Assembly: GCA_000175855.1 (NCBI GenBank)
Contig: ACYB01000038.1
Coordinates: forward strand, 90,001-122,000
Direction: 5' to 3'
DNA from: Raphidiopsis brookii D9
Lineage (GTDB): Bacteria; Cyanobacteriota; Cyanobacteriia; Cyanobacteriales; Nostocaceae
Length of the DNA: 32,000 nt
Under the pieces are notes generated by a model. That model saw only the letters and a list, made by a program, of their open reading frames with translations. It did not search any database and was not told where the DNA came from. Both the position numbers and the translations under genes were made by a program. Shown piece by piece: positions 28,131 through 32,000 of the stretch. Within the stretch, counting starts at the first letter, position 1, and each line of letters begins with the position of its first letter.

Positions 28131-28748
28131 ATGCAAAGTCAAATTGTGGACACTGCTCAACTCACAGCAAATCATCAGCTTCATCTAGATGGTCATCATG
28201 AAGCACACCCGGATTATCGTTTGTTTGGTCTGGTGGTGTTTCTCATTGCTGAGGGGATGATTTTTATGGGTATGTTTGGAGCTTATCTAGCTTTCCGCTC
28301 TACCTTATCTGTATGGCCACCAGAAGGTACACCTGAATTGGAACTATTATTACCGGGTGTGAATACTATAAATTTGATTGCTAGCAGTTTTGTTATGCAC
28401 AACGCTGATACAGCAATTAAAAAGAATGACGAAAAAGGAATGCGTATATGGTTAGCTATTACTGCTGCCATGGGAATAATTTTTCTGTTTGGTCAAGTTT
28501 ATGAATATACCCATTTGGAATTTGGTTTAACCACCAATCTTTTTGCCAGTGCATTCTACGTCTTGACTGGTTTCCACGGTTTGCATGTTACCTTGGGAGT
28601 TTTGCTAATTTTGTCCGTTTTGTGGCGCTCTCGTCATTCTGGACACTATAATAGTCAAAGTCATTTTGGTATAGAAGCTGCGGAATTGTATTGGCACTTT
28701 GTAGACGTGATCTGGATTGTTTTATTTGGATTACTTTATTTGCTGTAA
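28131..28748 (+). CDS. ctaE: Cytochrome c oxidase subunit III
   Basis: 205 aa. FYVLTGFHGLHVTLGVLLI and AAELYWHFVDVIWIVLF are typical of the subunit III family. Completes ctaCDE. Confidence 0.9.
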   Translation: MQSQIVDTAQLTANHQLHLDGHHEAHPDYRLFGLVVFLIAEGMIFMGMFGAYLAFRSTLSVWPPEGTPELELLLPGVNTINLIASSFVMHNADTAIKKNDEKGMRIWLAITAAMGIIFLFGQVYEYTHLEFGLTTNLFASAFYVLTGFHGLHVTLGVLLILSVLWRSRHSGHYNSQSHFGIEAAELYWHFVDVIWIVLFGLLYLL

Positions 28749-28828
28749 GTTGCATTTTATAGCTCTATTATAGCCATAGTCACCGCTTTGACTAAGGCTA
28801 TATGGCTATATTGTGTTCCCAGGATAAG

Positions 28829-29602
28829 TCAAGTTTCTCCAGTAAGACCTAATTTGACAATCACCGGAAAATGATCCGATGGCCATATACCCTCCCATCG
28901 CTGATCGTCAATAATCACGTGATTAATTTGCCAACGGTGATCGCAATATATTGTATCTCTGGCATCCCAAGCTTGACCTGTAAAGTCGTGGAAGGTTTTT
29001 TGTGATTCTAAAGGAAGATTACCCAGAACATCTCTAATTCTATAATTATCAGCGAGAATAATTCTTTCCAGACTCTTAGGACCAGCGTTAAAATCCCCCG
29101 TTAACAATAAATAGTCTTCCATGGGAAAATTCATTAAGCGCAAACTCACTAAACCCGCACCCAACTCCCTAGCTCTACTAACCTCATGATCTAAATGAGT
29201 ATTCATGATGGTCACAGAAAAACCTAAATCCTCCACCATAAAATTGGCCCAAGTGACCATTCTGGGTAAACGAGTCCCCCAGGTAATACTACCGGGAATT
29301 TCTGGGGTGTCACTCAGGTAAAAATCCTGGGTTTCCCTCAGCTGCAACTTTCCTCTCTTATAGAAGATCGCACAATGTTCACCTTTTCCTGTTCCAGTGC
29401 GATCGCCCCCCACAAATTCATAGTCTGGTAAAAGTACCTGTAAATCCCTAAGTTGATGAGGTTGACCCTCCTGGGTCCCCCATAACTCAGGTTGATAATT
29501 TTGGATCATACAGGCGATCGCTCCTACACGCTTTTGCCAACATCTCTCACCCGGATCTGGTTTGTCGCAGCGGAGGTTGAAAGTCATAACTGTGATTTGC
29601 AT
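28829..29602 (-). CDS. Endonuclease/exonuclease/phosphatase (EEP) family protein
   Basis: Start taken at MQITVMTFNLR (ATG 29602). The ORF-track extension to 29659 is probably non-coding. EEP motifs: TFNLR, WGTQE, NTHLDH, LLTGDFN, WPSDHFPV. Confidence 0.8.
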   Translation of the reverse strand: MQITVMTFNLRCDKPDPGERCWQKRVGAIACMIQNYQPELWGTQEGQPHQLRDLQVLLPDYEFVGGDRTGTGKGEHCAIFYKRGKLQLRETQDFYLSDTPEIPGSITWGTRLPRMVTWANFMVEDLGFSVTIMNTHLDHEVSRARELGAGLVSLRLMNFPMEDYLLLTGDFNAGPKSLERIILADNYRIRDVLGNLPLESQKTFHDFTGQAWDARDTIYCDHRWQINHVIIDDQRWEGIWPSDHFPVIVKLGLTGET

Positions 29603-29661
29603 TACACTACCTAAGTGAATCCCTAGGGAATAATATATAACAAATATATTATTCCTCAAAT

Positions 29662-30378
29662 TTAAACTCTATTATGTTCAGGAGATTCAAACTTGTAACC
29701 ATAACCACGTACTGTTTTAATAAACTCTGGAGTGCTAGAATCAACCTCCATTTTTTTACGCAGTTGACCAATATGAACATCAACAACCCTTCCATCACCC
29801 ACATAGTCACACCCCCAAATTTTTTGAATTAGCTGGGGACGACTCCACGCTTGTCCAGGGTGACAAGCCAAAAAATGTAAAATATTAAACTCTAAAGCAG
29901 TTAAGGCCAAAGGTTTATCATTGAGTGTGACTTCTCGACCTTCTGGGTTGATTGCTAACTGTTTAAAAATAAGACGTTGTGATTGGGTGGGTTGAATATA
30001 ACGTATGCGTCTCAGGAGAGCATTTACTCTCACTTCCACCTCCACTAGACTAAATGGTTTGGTCATAAAATCATCCGCACCACCAGTTAGGACTTTAATT
30101 TTGTCAGTTTCATCATTACGACTGGTGAGCATAAGAACTAAGACATTGGTTCGATTTTGCATATCCTGACAAAGTTTGTAACCATTTATATCTGGTAAGT
30201 TCCAGTCTAGTATTACCAAAGATGGATTAAACTGCTCAAACAATGTCATAGCACTTTTACCATCAGCAGCAGTTTCTGTTTTATATTTTCGACTTAAAAA
30301 GCGATGAACAAGATTTCTGACACTGAAATCGTCATCTACAACCATAATCTTGGGAATATTTGTAGCGATGTTATCCAT
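29662..30378 (-). CDS. OmpR/PhoB-family two-component response regulator
   Basis: Start taken at MDNIATNIPKIMVVDDD (ATG 30378). Receiver domain (VVDDD, LVILDWNLPDING, MLTS, TKPF). Winged-helix output domain (LTALEFNILHFL, VDVHIGQLRKK, IKTVRGYGYKF). Confidence 0.9.
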   Translation of the reverse strand: MDNIATNIPKIMVVDDDFSVRNLVHRFLSRKYKTETAADGKSAMTLFEQFNPSLVILDWNLPDINGYKLCQDMQNRTNVLVLMLTSRNDETDKIKVLTGGADDFMTKPFSLVEVEVRVNALLRRIRYIQPTQSQRLIFKQLAINPEGREVTLNDKPLALTALEFNILHFLACHPGQAWSRPQLIQKIWGCDYVGDGRVVDVHIGQLRKKMEVDSSTPEFIKTVRGYGYKFESPEHNRV

Positions 30379-30716
30379 AGTCTTGTGCAGATTATTAATT
30401 AACAAATGGTTTTTCTGTTTGTTTGTGATTTTTATACCCAAAAATATTAGTTTCCCTCTGATGCGGTAGGAACAATATTTTATTCTTGGTATAATTGTTT
30501 TGCTATACAATTAGCTTCTTCTGGCGTTTTCCCTGAACTTTAACCAACCAACATTTTAATCGCCAAAAACTGTATCGTGAATGTATGATTTTGGGTATTT
30601 TTTTGTATTTTTTTTTGTATAAAATATTATTAACTTATTATTGTTAACTATTATTATTAACTGGTTAACCCATTTCCAATTCCCCAATTCCAGTAACTTA
30701 TTACTAGTGTCTATGA

Positions 30717-31346
30717 CTAGTGTTCAAATAGGTCTTTGAACTGCAAAAGATCCAAAGAAACTAAAGTAGGTAAAAAACTAAAACACTCCTGTACCAATTG
30801 CCAACGCTCTTCTCTTTGTAACATTTGAGAAAGTTTTTGCTTCAAACTGAGTAAATAGCGTACATCATTAGCAGCATAGCTTAGTTGAGCATCAGATAAA
30901 CTCACCGGGTTCCCCCAGTCTGAACTCTGAGAACTTTTATCCAATTCTAGTTGCTCTAACTCCTGTACAAGCTCCTTTAATCCATGGCGATTTGTATAAG
31001 TACGAGCCAACTTACTGGCAATTTTCGTGCAAAAAACAGGTTGGACATAAATTTTCAGGTTGTGACGCAAAGTAGCCAGATCAAACCTAGCAAAGTGAAA
31101 AACCTTGACAACATGGGTTGATTCTAGAAGTTGTTGTAGGTTAGGAGCGTGGGTTTGTCCCTTAGCAATGCGGACAGCAGTCACCTTACCTTCAGGGTTA
31201 CACAGTTGAACCAGACAGAGACGATCTCGCTGTGGTACCAAACCCATAGTTTCCGTATCCACCGCTAAAGCATCTGACCTTAAATATTCTGACAGGGTAG
31301 GGTGGTCTAGATCCCCATCAAGTACCTGAAAATCATCTAGTGTCAT
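30717..31346 (-). CDS. RNase D-like 3'-5' exonuclease (DEDDy family)
   Basis: Exo motifs AVDTETMGL, VKVFHFARFDL and YAANDVRYL. Start taken at MTLDDF (31346); the ORF track gives 31358. Confidence 0.8.
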   Translation of the reverse strand: MTLDDFQVLDGDLDHPTLSEYLRSDALAVDTETMGLVPQRDRLCLVQLCNPEGKVTAVRIAKGQTHAPNLQQLLESTHVVKVFHFARFDLATLRHNLKIYVQPVFCTKIASKLARTYTNRHGLKELVQELEQLELDKSSQSSDWGNPVSLSDAQLSYAANDVRYLLSLKQKLSQMLQREERWQLVQECFSFLPTLVSLDLLQFKDLFEH

Positions 31347-31407
31347 GATTTTTACCAAAACATTTACAAAACAATTACCTTATGTAATGACCTTATCAGA
31401 AAATCGC

Positions 31408-32000
31408 TTAAAAAGCTGGGGATCTGGGGGAAATTTTTCGGGAGTATCTGAGGGTTGTATTGATAAATATTTGAGTCAGATAAACTTCACCTTTATCATT
31501 TTTAGCTACCCCCACCCCTGTCAGCTGAAACTTCCCTCGAATATTTCGCAAATGTCCCGGACTATTAAGCCAACCAATTATCGCTTGTTTTGCTGGTTCA
31601 TTATACCCTATGTTAAATGCCACATTTTCTGCAGCATTATTATATTTTAAATGGATGGATTTGACCCGTTGCTCAAAACCATGATGGCTAAATTTTACCG
31701 TACCATTAGCCATATTTTGACTATGAATTCTTGCCTGTTTAGTGATGTTTAAATTCAAGGTTAATTTTGATAATCCTTGGGCAACACGATACTGATTAAT
31801 TTGCTCAAAAACCAATTTTTCTAACCTGTTATTATCGTGCTTATTACCCTCATTATTCTGGTGGGAAGCAACAGCTCGGGTGGAACCATTAAATGAGGAA
31901 ATAGATGAGATTTTTTTAGTAACATTGCTAGTGGAAATAGCACCAGTTACCAATCCACTGGTAAGGACAAGTGTAGTTAAACCAATTCCGAAAGCAGTTT
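31408..32000 (-). CDS. Secreted CAP/SCP (YkwD-like) domain protein, 5' end beyond the right window edge
   Basis: The frame stays open to base 32000 (..TAFGIGLTTLVLTSGLVTGAIS is a signal-peptide-like segment). CAP-domain motifs: ARIHSQNMA, AAENVA, GWLNSPGHLRNI, TGVGVAKNDKGEVYLTQIF. Confidence 0.7.
   Translation of the reverse strand, partial: TAFGIGLTTLVLTSGLVTGAISTSNVTKKISSISSFNGSTRAVASHQNNEGNKHDNNRLEKLVFEQINQYRVAQGLSKLTLNLNITKQARIHSQNMANGTVKFSHHGFEQRVKSIHLKYNNAAENVAFNIGYNEPAKQAIIGWLNSPGHLRNIRGKFQLTGVGVAKNDKGEVYLTQIFINTTLRYSRKISPRSPAF

Noticed and set aside
23623-31650. ORFs 23623-23823, 24118-24342, 24706-24921, 25889-26149, 27306-27578, 28283-28471 and 31345-31650
   Set aside because: They lie opposite ctaB, ctaA, ctaC, ctaD, ctaE and the CAP-domain gene. 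They are hydrophobic-gene mirror frames with no independent support.

Overview
Chromosomal window from a filamentous, Nostocales-like cyanobacterium. Support for this: 17 HIP1 palindromes (GCGATCGC) found by eye, ndhL, an intron-split trnL(UAA), and a divergent ctaBA / ctaCDE locus. Most of the window is housekeeping: murC (3' end), murB, ybaB, trnL-UAA with a group I intron, ndhL-DUF3007-trpA, a Ser/Thr kinase, mgtE, pyrB, pheT, a nucleotidyltransferase/phosphohexomutase fusion, a TPP riboswitch with thiC, rluE, ctaB, ctaA, ctaC, ctaD, ctaE, an EEP phosphoesterase, an OmpR-type response regulator, an RNase D-like exonuclease and a CAP-domain protein. Two things stand out. (1) An AT-rich, HIP1-free four-gene cassette at 7219-10935 encodes a J-domain protein, a vWA protein, a four-TM MotA/ExbB/ZorA-like protein with a long coiled-coil tail, and a MotB/OmpA-like peptidoglycan anchor. 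The last pair has the architecture of a Zorya-type ZorAB stator, but the partner genes are unlike any named system I recognise, so this is the best candidate for an undescribed membrane-anchored (possibly defence) system. (2) There are five homopolymer-length indels that break reading frames. One is in a yciI-like gene, three are in ctaB (two of them a compensating pair that garbles the conserved WTPPHFW motif), and one is in ctaA. ctaCDE is intact. This is either homopolymer sequencing error or real decay of heme O/heme A synthesis. No CRISPR array, transposase, integrase or rRNA was seen.
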